Assembly (NCBI RefSeq): GCF_009914755.1
Contig: NC_060930.1
Source: the human T2T-CHM13v2.0 reference genome, Homo sapiens
DNA: 64,000 nt
Reading direction: 5' to 3' (one strand)
Positions within the stretch are counted from its first letter, which is position 1. Every line of letters begins with the position of its first letter. The notes under the pieces are model-generated. The model was not told the origin of the DNA, ran no database searches, and saw only the letters and a list, made by a program, of their open reading frames with translations. The translations under genes were made by a program, and so were the position numbers. Below, in pieces: positions 49,166-62,781 of this stretch.

Positions 49166-49706
49166 CTAACCATCTGACAAGGGATTGATAACCAGAATAT
49201 ATAGGGAGCTCAAGCAACTCTACAGGAAAAAAAATCTAATAATCCAATTTTAAAAACAGGCAAAAGATCTGAATAGATATTTCTCAAAAGAAGATACACA
49301 AATAATAAACAGGGTGCTCAACGTCACTGATCATTGGAAAAATGTGAATAAAAACTACACTGAAATACCATCTCACCCCAGTTTAGTGGCTTTTATCTAA
49401 AAGACAGGCAAAAATAGTTGCTAGCAAGGATGTGGAGAAAAAGGAACACTCATATACTGTTGGTGGAAATGTAAATTAGTACAACCACTATGGAGAATAG
49501 TTTGGAAGTTTTTCAAAAACCTAGAAATAGAGCTACTATATGACCAGGAATCCCACTGCGGGTTGTAGACCCAAAAGAAAGGTAATCAGTATAGTATACC
49601 AAAGGAATATCTGCTTCCTCATATTTGTTGCAGCACTGTTCACAATAGCTAAGATTTGGAAACAACCTAAGTGTCCATCAACAGATGAATGGATTTTAAA
49701 AAGTTT

Positions 49707-49822
49707 TATATATATACACACACATATATATATATACACACACACATATATATAACATGTTATATATGTGTATATATATGTGTGTATATGTAAATATTTG
49801 TATATATATACACATACACACA
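49707..49822. repeat. (TA)/(CA)/(TG) mixed microsatellite
   Basis: Seen directly. Confidence 0.9.
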
Positions 49823-50416
49823 GTGGAGTACTAGTCTGTCATTAAAAAAATGAGATTCTGTTATTTGCAAAAACATGGATGGAACTGGATGTTGTTATGC
49901 CAAGTGAAATAAATCAGGCATGGAAAGACAAACTTTACATATTCTCACATACTTGTGGGAGCTAAAAATTAAAACAATCGAACTCATGGAGATGGAGGGT
50001 AGAAGGATGGTTACCAGAGGCTGGGAAGGGTAGTGTGGGACCAGCAAGGAAGTAGAAATGGCTAATGGGTTCAAAAACAATAGAATGAATAAGACAGGGT
50101 GACTATAGTCAATCATAATTTAATTGTGCATTTTAAAATAACAAAAAGAGCATAATTGGATTGTTTGTAACACAAAGGATAAATGCTTGAGGGAGAGGAT
50201 ACTCTATTAACTGTGATGTAATTATTACACTTTGCATGCCTATATCAAAATATCTCATGTACTTCATAAATATATACACCTACTATGTACCCACAACATT
50301 TTTTTAAGATTATAGATTATATAACTACATGAAACTTCAAAAAGAAGCTTCTCTAATGCTTACGGAAGCAATTTAACAAGAAAGGGCCCTGTATTAGGGT
50401 GAGACAGAACTAATAG

Positions 50417-50432
50417 GATAGACTAGATAGAT

Positions 50433-50479
<47 letters not shown>

Positions 50480-50501
50480 TGATTGATTGATAGATAGATA
50501 G
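50417..50501 (+). repeat. (GATA)n tetranucleotide microsatellite in the MLT2A LTR
   Basis: Seen directly. Confidence 0.95.
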
Positions 50502-51294
50502 AGGGGAGCTTATTAAGTATTATCTTACATGATCACAAGGTCCCACAATAGGCTGTCTGCAGGCTGAGGAGAAAGGAGAGTGAGTCCAAGTCCCAAAACT
50601 GAAGAACTTGGAGTTCAGTGTTCAAGGGCAGGAAGCAACCAGCACAGGAGAAAGATGTGGGCTGGGAGGCTAGGCCAGTCTGTCTCCTCTTCACATTTTT
50701 CTGCCTGCTTTATATTCTCTGGCAGCTGATTAGATGGTGCCCACCAGGTTAAAGTGGATCTGCCTTGCCCAGCCCACTGACTCAAATGTTAATCTCTTTT
50801 GGCAACACCCTCATAGACACATCCAGGAGAAATACTTTGTATCCTTCAACTCAATCAAGTTGACACTCAGTGTTAACCATCAGAAGTCAACCCCTTGTCA
50901 ACTTGAACCCATATACATCTCCTAAGATCACACAGTCTTCAAATTAAGGCAATAATAAGGTCATAATTATGCCTAACATAATACTACTGTCCTTCATACA
51001 ACCGGAAACGCACCACTCACCAATCCAAATACTATTACGTAAGGTTAACAATACTTAAATGCTGATATAGAGTCAATCAATCTCATGTCACATGATAAAG
51101 GAAAAGGAAACAAAATAATGATATTTTCTTAATACAAGTGTATACAAGCACAAGCATGTTTTTAGCACAAGAAGGAAAAATTGCTCATGACAATTACAGT
51201 CCCCGTTTCTGTAACTGGTCACGCGGTCCTAGCTGGTTCTACCTTCCACCACCCATTCAGTATTCCCTTTGCCTTCAGAAAGCACCTTGGCAGG

Positions 51295-51846
51295 TCATGG
51301 TTTTTTTCCTGGTGGAGTGACCCAAACCTTCATTCCTGAGGGGTCTGAGCCATTTGTAGTCCTGCTTGGATTGATCTGTTGTCGTTTTCCATTGACCTTA
51401 ATCACAGGGCATGGTAATACTGAGAGGCACCCTAATGGATCTCCTGTATTCAATGCATACTTTTCCATACCTCCATTGTGGAGTAGTAGATTGATTTCAT
51501 CTTGATAGTCTGGGTCAATCACCCCAGCCAACAATGTAACTCCCTTCTTAGCCTGTTGAATTAAAGGTAGGAGGAGCCCAAAAAGTCCACGTGGCAATCT
51601 TAACTTCCAGTTTAATGAAATCATCGTTGTGTCTCCTGGTGGCAGCGTTCTTCCCTCTTGAACTAAGACCTCTAGGCCAGCAGAACTTAATGTCGTGGGA
51701 ACAGGAAGCAAACATTTTGCTAGTGGGCCACTAGGGGTGATGGTAAGTGCTGCCACTTCCACTTCCACCCCTTGATTCCTGGACCCATGAATCCTGGCTG
51801 TGAGAGAAACAGTACCATATATTGGATGCTGATTCAGAGCATACAA
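51295..51846 (-). pseudogene. HERV-L integrase C-terminus/dUTPase remnant frame
   Basis: LPPGDTTMISLNWKLRLP and AGVIDPDYQDEI (dUTPase motif 3-like). Confidence 0.85.
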
Positions 51847-53448
51847 CGCCTTCTGGAGAACTTTGCCCTAGCCCTGCAAAGTGTTGTCACCTAGTTGGCA
51901 TTGTAATTGTGACTTCAAAAGGCCATTCATGCAGAACCATCTGTGAATCAGGCCCTAGTCTTCTCTTCCTCTGTCAGCTGCTCCAGGGAATTCTCCATGA
52001 GGCCATCAGTGCAGGCTGGGGGAGAGAAGGCAGGGTGGCAGGCATGGAGACCATGGGCATTTGAGCCACTTCCTCATGTAACTTACTTGTGCCTTCAGGA
52101 CCTGCTCGAGCCTGATCATGTATACACCACTTCCATTTGATGATAGAATGCTGCTGTGCATGACCCACTTTATGGCTAGATTGGTTATGATAGGCAGCTC
52201 AGGTTCCATGGTGACTTGATGACCCATAGTCAAATGTTCAGTTTCCACCAAAGCCTGGTAACAGGCCAAGAGCTGTCTCTCAAAAGGAGAGTAGTTGCCT
52301 GCAGAAGATGGCAGAGCCTTGCTTAAAACTCCTAGAGGTCTCTGCTGTGATTCACCTATAGGGGCCTGCCAAAGGCTCCAAACAATATCCCTATCTGCCA
52401 CTGACACCTCAAGCACCATTGAATCTGCTGAGTCATATGGCCCAAGTGGCAGAGCAACTTGCATAGCAGCCTGGACCTGTTGCAGAGCCTTCTCCTGTTC
52501 TGGACCCTACTCAAAACTGGAAGCCTTTCAGGTCGCTTGATAAACGGGCTGGAGTAACACACCCAAATGAGGCATGTGTTACTTCCAAAATCCAAATAGG
52601 CCCGCTAGGCGTTGTGCCTCTTTCTTAGTTGTAGGAGGGGCCAAATACAGCAACTTATCCCTCACCTTAGAAAGAATATCTTGACAGGCCCCCCACCACT
52701 GGACTCCTGGAAATATTACTGAGGTAGAAGATCCCTGAATTTTAGTCAGATTTATTTCCCATCCTCTGGCACGCAAATGTCTCACCAATAAGTCCAGTGT
52801 GTTTGCTACTTCTTGCTCACTGGATCCAATTAGCATAATGTCATTAATGTAATGACCAGGGTGATACCTTGTGGAAGTGAAAAGCGAATAAGATTATGAT
52901 ACAAAGCCAGAGAGTTGATATACCCCCGAGAAAGGACAGTACAGGTATATTGCTGGATATATATACCCAGGATCAATACTTTGTATCCTTCAATCCAATC
53001 AAGTTGACAAACAGTATTAGCCATCACAGGCCCTTTCTGTCTTGACCTCTCACTCCTCCAGTACCTCAGGTCCCAAGTCCACCAGAATTTGCACATAGCC
53101 CAGAGATTATTTGGTTCTGCGAAGCCTTTTGTTCCCTGCCAAGACTCTCAGGCTCCCACTGGAGATATAACTCTTTATCCTTCAACATCATTGTTGGAAG
53201 CCTGAATCCAACGTGGTGTAAACCTTCCCCAAGATATCTAGAGGCAAATGGTATAAGTCTTGTAAACCATGAGGTCCCTCTGACAGTGCTGTCATAGTTC
53301 ATTTTTCTCAGACAGAAGTACCATCTCTGAGTACAGTTAACAAAAGTTAGTTCTAGGCAATCTTACAGTCTACAATAAGAGAAATAAAGAAATAGTTTAC
53401 TACAATGCAAATCATTGCCTTCCTTTGCATGTTATGGCTCAAATCTTA

Positions 53449-53893
<445 letters not shown>

Positions 53894-54457
53894 CTAAAGA
53901 GCCACACATTTTCCATAAACAGTTATCCACACATATATTACCATGCTGTTTTCTGTGACATCTGCTTACTAGGTTAATGAAACCAAGTATGCCCATAACA
54001 AAATAAATGTGATCCATCTTTTCATGTATGGATGAGAAGAAGAGAGATAGGATATTTAGTAATAAACTTTTATTTCATTTCTGAGAAATCTATGAGACAA
54101 TTTAAAAAGTGATTATGAAGAAAAACCATTTTCAAGAATTTTTTAAATCTCATGAATTATTCAATAAAAGATACATAAGTAATGTAGTGCTGTATAAATC
54201 AAGAGGACTTAAACAGTAATTGAATAATCTTTATAAGATCTGGACTATAAGTACAGTAGGAGCTGAAGATTGAGGCAGTAGAAGAATGAGAGGGAAAGGG
54301 AGAGAGAGAAAGAGTGGGGATGGGGGAAGGGATCAAAGTGGAAAGGGCACAGGGGAGGGGAGGAGAGGGGAGGAGAGGGGAAAGCAAATGGGGGAAGAGA
54401 GGCAAGAGAGGCAAGGGGAGACAAGCCATGTAGGAGGCAATTCCAAGTCACCATTAG

Positions 54458-54914
<457 letters not shown>

Positions 54915-56899
54915 TTATAAAGCTAAACAAAGTGACAAGGCGGTTTGTACTGTCACCTCACTTGGCTCCTGGGCAAGGACTAGGGGCAGGGCCAGGACTT
55001 GGATGGCTTCTGCGATCAGGCAGATGCTAGAATAGATGGTAGGACAAGATTGCTGCAAATCTGATACAGATCGTTTGGGGTTCTCTGCTAAAGGCTCTAT
55101 GTCGTTTCATGCTATACACACAAGAAAGCCTGGAGGCAGATCAGAAAACTGAGGCTCAGAGAGACTGAGAAACTTTCTTAACATCATAGAGCTACCAATA
55201 ACCTCACTGTTTCTCCTCGCCAAGGAAGACAAGCTGTTGTGCTTTATTTCAGTGTAAATCACCAGGTCAGAAATCCATATGTACACATGTTATCATCCAG
55301 TCCACCTAAATGTCTGGTTTTTGTTCTAACGCCTGTACTTTTCTTGAACAATTCATCCTTGCTCTTATTTTGTTGGTTTTGTTTTCCCCACACCAGGAAT
55401 TTCAGTGTCAGTGTATTTAGATGTCTTGTACCATCAGTAAAAAGGATCAGTTTTGGAGAATAAATGATCCAGAGGGCACGACATTTTCTAAAATGTTTTC
55501 CTGGGTTTCCCTATGATTCTATCCTTCCTGAATCATTTTTTTTCCCTTAAAGTCATGAGCTTCTTGGAATTTGTATTATGAATTCCACAAGAATTTTTTC
55601 ATTTTATTGATTTTTCAGATACCAGAGAGTTTGCCATTTCCTACATAGGCACGTATCATAAAATCATAGAAATGGAAATGATTTTTCCTAGGAACCACTG
55701 GTAACTCTATTTTCAGTCAGTCGTGAAAATAATCTCTAATCCCATTGCCCAAAAGCACGAGAAGCTAGCTCAGATCTAAAGATAAACAGAATTAATGCTC
55801 ATAAATTTTAATCAAACTACCGGCCTGTTTTTAACAGGAATCTATCACAGAGAAAATGGTGTATCGTTTGCCTAAGATTACCTATGTCATTTCTCATAGG
55901 TTAGTAATGAGAACAAAGAGGAAAAAGGCACATAGAATATTATAGCTGAAAGAGATCTTAGTGATTACCTAGTTTGACCCATTATTCTATAGATGAGGAA
56001 AGAAATGCATAAAGTTTAGGTGACTTACTCTAGTTCACACACTCAGTCAATGGCAGGACCAGAACTATGTTCTAGGACTAATTTTTTAAATTGAATAATG
56101 AAATCTAATCATGGAAAAGAGGAGTAAATGACTACAATCATAACAAAAACAAAGAAAGGTTTTTTTTCCCATTGAAATATGTAGGAAATGACACAATTCT
56201 GTTGATTCTAATATTACACTAATTTAAATATTTTTCAAATTCATCAGTGAGTTAGTTCTTCATTGTCTACTTTTGTACTATTACACAAATTACTTCCAAT
56301 TTTAAGCCCTTACTTTGTGTTAGGTATGCTGTGTATCTGATCTTATTTAAATCTCACAACTGATCATATAAGATGTATCATAATCCCTATTTTACAATTG
56401 AAGAAAATGAGGTGAAGGGAGTTTGGGAAGCTTGCCCAACTTGATTTTGACTTAAGACCAGTTTACCCACTGCAGCTTCTGAACATAGCTTACTCCACTA
56501 TACACTGATACACTGTCAGAATTTCCTCTGGCACCACCCTTAAGACTCTTCAGCCTAAAGGTAAAAAAAAAAATCATATTTCCTTTGTAGCCCCCTACAG
56601 TGCTAAAGTGACAACCTCACGGGCAGCTCTCTCCTTTTATTGCTGACCTTGGAGGGATGAGGGCTCAGCCCTGTGGTTTTAGGAATAGATCATCCACTTG
56701 CTCCCTGTATCAATCTCTGTAATTAGAGCAATTGTACAATCATTGATGAAAACAAAACCACTTCCCTAAAGATGGGAAATAAATGAGGATATACAATACA
56801 TACAATTGGCAAGTAATGTACATAGATTATGTAGCAAGTTGGGACTTACCTATACCAGAAAAATAGTTTTACTTAGACCTTATTCATTTGGGCACTTCT

Positions 56900-57387
56900 T
56901 TTTTATTTTACTTTAAGTTCTGGGATACAAGTGCAGAATGTGCAGGTTTGTTACATAGGTATACATGTGCCATGGTGGTTTCCTGTACCTATCAACCCAT
57001 CATCTAGGTTTTATGCCCCACATGCATTAGGTATTTGTCCTAATGCTCTCCTTTCCCTTGCCCCGCATCCCCCAACAGGCCTTCATTGTTCAACTCCCAC
57101 TTATGAGTGAGAACATGTGGTTTTTGGTTTTCTGCTCCTGTGTTTGTCTGCTGAGAATGATGGTTTCCAGCTTCATCCACGTCCCTGCAAAGGCCATGAA
57201 CTCATTCTTTTTTATGGCTTCATAGTATTCCATGGTGTATATGTGCCACATTTTCTTTATCCAGTCTATCATTGATGAGCATTTGTGTTGGTTCTAAGTC
57301 TTTGCTATCTAAATAGAGCTGCAATAAACATATGTGTACATGTGTCTTTATAGTAGAATGATTTATAATCCCTTGGGTATATACCCA
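56900..57387 (-). mobile_element. L1PA7/8-like 3' fragment
   Basis: L1PA 3' UTR on the minus strand; TSD gggcacttct. Confidence 0.93.
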
Positions 57388-58002
57388 GGGCACTTCTATC
57401 TAATGGTGTGATATCACTCTTCTCCCCACTGAGGCTTCTTTCACAGGTCTCACTCAAGTGTCTGTATTATTTTCCGGCATCTGGTCATCTACTATCGCAT
57501 GGCCAGGTACAACTGCATTAACATGGACATCTGAGTAAATGTTTTCGCCTTATGACCTGCAGTTTCTCAAATCTTTTTCACTCTTTATTTTTCTATCTTT
57601 CCTAGTTTTTCATGGCCAGAACCTCTTATGCCTTCAGCAACCCCAAACCCCCTGAAATACTCTCTGCTGACTTTTTCCTCGTTGTTGTGTTTCCCTTTAT
57701 CTCTTCTTGAATTAGCCAAAGATGTATTTATTGTGATTACATAATGATTATAATCAATTAACATACATGTGGAAGGAATTATTACTTTCTAAAAATATAA
57801 TTTTAAAGCAATTTGTCACAGCCTGGTGAAACATACATAGGTAAATATATATTTGAACTTGCTGCCAACATTTGTGCAGGAATACTTAGGTTCAACTCAG
57901 GCTCTTTTTACAACCCACAACAATTTAAAGTGGTATTTACTTTCATTTAGTTATAGAATAATAGTCAATGAAGCTAGAATTTCTAAAATACCTATGATTG
58001 TA

Positions 58003-58442
58003 CAGTTGACGTTTGAAGAACACAGTTTTGAACACTTATAGGTGGATTTTTTTTTCTGCTTGCCTCTGCCACCCCTAATACAGCAAGATCAACTCTTCCT
58101 CTTCCTCCTCCCTCTCAGGCTACTTAACTTGAAGATAAGAAGAACGAAGGCCTTTATGATAATTCACTTCCACTTAATGAATAGTAAATATGTTTTTTCT
58201 TCCTTGTGACTTTCTTAATAATAGTTTCTTTCCTCTAGCTTACTTTATTGTAAGAATATAGTGTATAATACATATAATATACAAAGAATGTTTTAATTGA
58301 CTGTTTATGTTATCAGTAAGGCTTTCAGTCAACAGTAGGCTGTTAGCAATTTAGTTTTGGGGGAGTCAAAAGTTATATACAGGTTTTTCAACTTCACAGG
58401 GTATCAGCACCCCTAACCCATGTGTTGTTTAGGGATCAACTG
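58003..58442. mobile_element. Tigger2a/MER28 non-autonomous DNA transposon
   Basis: Terminal inverted repeats cagttga...tcaactg, TA flanks. Confidence 0.85.
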
Positions 58443-58679
58443 TATAATCTTCCATTTTTACCCCAATCAGGACACACACACACACAAAATATAAATAAAA
58501 ACACTTATTCAACCCACCAGTATCCACAAATATCCATAAAATCATGAAAATGTACATAAGCAAATTCCAGTCTTCAACATGCCTTTCACCTTCCTGAGAA
58601 TGACTTTATTTTCTTATAGGTCCTAGATTAGAAAATATGTTTTGTAAATATTTTATTTCTAGGCACTCCCACTTCCATG

Positions 58680-59273
58680 TGAATAGTGGCCATTTTGCAA
58701 TTTTTATTTGCCTTTTCCCCAGCCATTTCACAGTTTTGCTATTGACTGTTGGCCATTTAAAGTGAGTAGGGCCACATCCTTAGCTCCAGAGCAAAGATCT
58801 AATTGATCTAAAATCACCCTACTGTTACTTAGGACACATTAAAGGGACCTAAGCCAACAGTGAATGACAATCCTACTGACCGTAGAAATTGATAAAGAAT
58901 GTGTACATTGTCTTTTTCCCCCCTCTTTCTAATTAGAATGAAGCTCAGGATTTCAAAGTTTTATTTTTTTTTTCAAAGTTTTTTATGTTCGAAGTTTTAT
59001 ATTCTTCTGGAATCACATGGTATTCACATGGAAAGGATGGAACCACTGCAGACATTTTATTAACACAAGGGATGTCAGGATGAGGATGAAGCCAATATAC
59101 AGATGAGATTATAGCTGAAAGAAATGGAACTAAGGGTTGGGCAAACTGAGACTCAAGCTTGCCCTATATCTAGATGTTTATAATTACATTATCCCACAAA
59201 TTCTTGTTCATGTTCCAAGAGTTTGAACTATTGGTTTTCTGTCACTGCAAATGATAACATTCTAACCAATACA
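58680..59273 (+). mobile_element. Ancient ERVL/MaLR LTR
   Basis: 3' end ggttttctgtcactgcaa...ctaaccaataca; left boundary uncertain. Confidence 0.45.
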
Positions 59274-62128
59274 ACCAATTAAGAGTTGGTCACTAAGGAA
59301 AGTGCTGGGAAGAGAGTAGTGGAGAAAAAAGAAAAACCAACTTAGCCTCTGTACTCAAAAATCTCAGGGTCTACTAGGAAATTAATATATTAAAATAATT
59401 CATTGCAGTGAATTTTGTCATTTAGCCAAGAATGCTTTGTGACATGCACCTAAAACTCTAACTGGCATTGTCTGATCTTTGAAAGCTCGTTGAGTAAAGT
59501 TTTCCAATTACAGAATGGAGAAGTGAGCAGAACGAGGCAAAGGAAACACTGTTGTATCATCATGACCTTTATTTAATGAACAGGGATAAGGGAAGGGAAG
59601 AGATTAATGCTTTCAGTTAAGCAACTGGTTATCCATTCATTCATCCATTCACTCAATATGATGGAGAAAGCAGACGCATAAAACTTACAAATAAATGTAA
59701 AATTGGTACAGATAATAGTTGTGCAGATACTGCACAAATAAAAGGATGTTTAGCCTCATTGAGGTTACAGAATTCTCCAATAAAGTGTCAATGAAACTGA
59801 GATCTAAAGAATTTATAAGAACTATGTAAATATGTACATAGGTTTTAACTCAAATTGAAAACTACCAGTAAAAAAATACAGTGTTGCCAAATTATAATTT
59901 CTTTGAATATGTTAAATGAATAAAATAGATTGTATTTTATAACCTAATTTTAAAGAGAGTATTTGGATTTAGCTATATAATAAACATATTTTATATGATA
60001 TACATCTAGTGAGTAGCAGTTTTGGCTATTTTATGCTAGTCATACCAGGTTCCTATATTAATAAAAGCACTGGCTTAACATGTCATACTGAAAATAACAC
60101 TGTTGAAAACATTGCAAAGCCTTCACTATTGCCCTAATGCCTTTGTCTGGAAACCAATGAAAAAGAACAAAGAATGAAAGCAGAAACAAATTTCACGTTC
60201 TCCACTTGTTTAAGTAAAGGTTAATGACATTTTAAAAATGTTTCTTCAAGGAAAGGACACATAATTTCCAGCAAAACATATCAAAAATCCATGCATTAAG
60301 ACATTGCATGGATACAAATATGAAAATAACAAAATTCAGTTAACTAAAACCCAAACATCTAAATGTGACTTAAGTTTCTTAGTAAAGTTATTTCTAAAGC
60401 TTGGTATTAAATTTTATCTTTTTGTTTGCTGCTCTAGCCACTGGGACAGTGTTTGGCACCTAGCAAGCGCTCAGTGACTATTGAATGAAGCTAAAATTTA
60501 ATTTGGAATTTCTTCCAGCATCTCTCAGATCTATGATGCCTGAAAAAAATTAGCATTTGAGGAAATGTTCCTGATAACATTGCAGGCCTCTCCTTCTGCT
60601 CCTATTTTTTTCTTCAAACATTGTACCTATGGGACTAAAAGTGATACACTTGAAACCCATCAGTAATCAAAGTATAGGTTTCCATAGAAACCGAAACAAA
60701 AAAATATCTTCATTTTTTTCTCAGGCAGAGATACAACTGCAGATTCAAATTTAGTTAAAAGGATAAATACCGTTCAAATGATTACATGTTCATTTTATGT
60801 GCTGAATATATGATGGGGATTCTAAATTTTGCAGCCTTTTAGCTGTCTGCTTACTGTCAGGTTTTGAATTTCAATTTTGTTTTGTTTTCTTAAACAGCCT
60901 AATTGCTGTATTGATAAGAAAGTGCTTTATTATTATGTTTGTTGTTATTACATTGCACGATTATCTAATATTTATATTTGGTTTCCTTTAAATGCCTATT
61001 TGATATGTATCAAGTTCATCCATTGAACAATAATCACATCTAAATAAATGAATATTTTTAAATCCCATTTTTATGATATTTACATTTATGTCACCAAGTA
61101 ACATATGTAGGTGCAATAGAAGTCCTAGAACACTTTCATGAATGACAGCAGTCAGTTTCCTATCAAATATTTAAAAAATTCTCACCAAGACTTCCTGAAA
61201 TTGCCCTCACTCCTGGATGTACCTAGATATCTATTTATTGTTTTAAAAACTGAGATCCTCTTTTTACACCTCCAGAAAATATTTGTACATAGAAATCAAT
61301 ACTTCAAACTCTCCAAGAGTACCTGCTTAAAGAAAGGCTTTCTTCCCAGAGTGGAGACCACAATCAAATTCCACAGGAAAAGTACTGGATCCCAGGAGCT
61401 AAAGAGGAACTGTGGATGAGTTAAGAAATGAAGCTGCTCTCCAAATACTCCAGAACTATTTGCCTCTTTTGAGAATGGTAAATTATCTAAGATACAAACA
61501 GCTTATTAGTAATGGTGACAATATCTGTGCATAAAAAGTAATCTTTATTTTTTATTTTCATTTTATTTTTTGTGGCAGGCGTGATTTTTGAAAGAGCGCA
61601 GAAGGTTGAGTTGGAAGATTATAAGGAATGGTTTTGGAGCCAATGAAGCTCTTGGTAAAAGATAAGCAAGTTTAACACTAACCCTACATACCTAACCACT
61701 GAAATGGATGTATCATGTCTAGCATTTAAAAAAAAAATTGTTGGAAAACTTAACCAAAGAAATCTCTAGTAGCTTCCTAGAACTACTCAAAGGAAAATAG
61801 GACGTTCCATAAATTGCACAATAATAAAATGTACAATAAAAATAAAATGTACAATAATAAACACTTAGTCACACACTGTAACCATACCTGATTTCATTCT
61901 TCTCTGAATATGCCCATCGCATTCTAAGGTCCTGCCTTTGTTTAACCTATTTTATCTGCCTGCTATATTATTTCATGTAATCAAAGACACAAAGCACATA
62001 AATCTCATCCAAAAAAGCCCACTCCCACTATCAAAAATTATTCTCTTCTCTCTCTCTCAGCACTCAAGGCCTTTTTCCCCTTTTCTTTCCTCTTTTTAAA
62101 TTGTTGTATAAAAGCATTTCTCACCTAA

Positions 62129-62433
62129 TTTTTTTTTCTTTTTTTTTTTTTTTTGAGACAGTCTCGCTCTGTGGCCCAGGCTGGAGTGCAGTGGCACGAT
62201 CTTGGCTCACTGCAAGCTCCGCCTCCCGGGTTCATGCCATTCTCTTGCCTCAGCCTCCTGAGTAGCTGACACTACAGGCGCCCACCACAAGGCCTGGCTA
62301 GTTTTTTGTATTTTTAGTACAGATGGGGTTTCACCGTGTTAGCCAGGATGGTCTTGATCTCCTGACCTCGTGATCCTCCTGCCTCGGCCTCCCAAAGTGT
62401 TGAGATTACAGGCATGAGCCACGACGCCTGGCC
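62129..62433 (-). mobile_element. AluY
   Basis: gcaagctccgcctcccgggttcatgccattc and gtgttagccaggatggtc. Confidence 0.95.
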
Positions 62434-62708
62434 TAGCATTTTTTCTTACACATGCCTCAGCCACTCATTTTGATTCTATGAAAGTCATTAGAATTATTCC
62501 CTGAACACTGTGATTGAAAGTAAAACATGAAAATTTGAAGAAAGCATGTGCTCCACACAGACTGGAATTCTCTCAAAAGCAGAGAATTGTGGGAGAAAGA
62601 GGGTTAGAGCGTCTTATTATATAGTAAACAATAGTGAATTGAGTTAAACTAAAGAAAGGTTTAGATGGAGTAAGAAGGCATATCATAGTATTGTTATTTT
62701 ATTATTTT

Positions 62709-62781
62709 AATTTTTTAGAGATGGGGTCTTGCTATATTGCCCAGGCTAGAGAGTAGTAGCTATTCATAGGCAAGATTACAC
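62709..62781 (-). mobile_element. 7SL-derived retrocopy (7SL pseudogene or FAM) 3' part, interrupted by HERV-H
   Basis: gcccaggctagagagtagtagctattcataggc matches the gtggctattcacaggc phrase of 7SL/FAM, which dimeric Alus lack. Confidence 0.65.

Larger units (their letters stand above)
50390..53028 (-). mobile_element. Deleted HERV-L provirus: MLT2A 3' LTR (50390-50884), pol/dUTPase remnants, 5' LTR stub (about 52965-53028)
   Basis: Direct repeat aatactttgtatccttcaa...aatcaagttgaca at both ends; perfect 5-bp TSD ggccc; RT remnants [20 protein letters not shown] and NYSPFERQLLACY. Confidence 0.93.

Noticed and set aside
61138-61419. 93-aa plus-strand ORF
   Set aside because: No recognisable domain or supporting gene structure
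62709-62781. Functional 7SL RNA gene
   Set aside because: Short, diverged and interrupted by HERV-H
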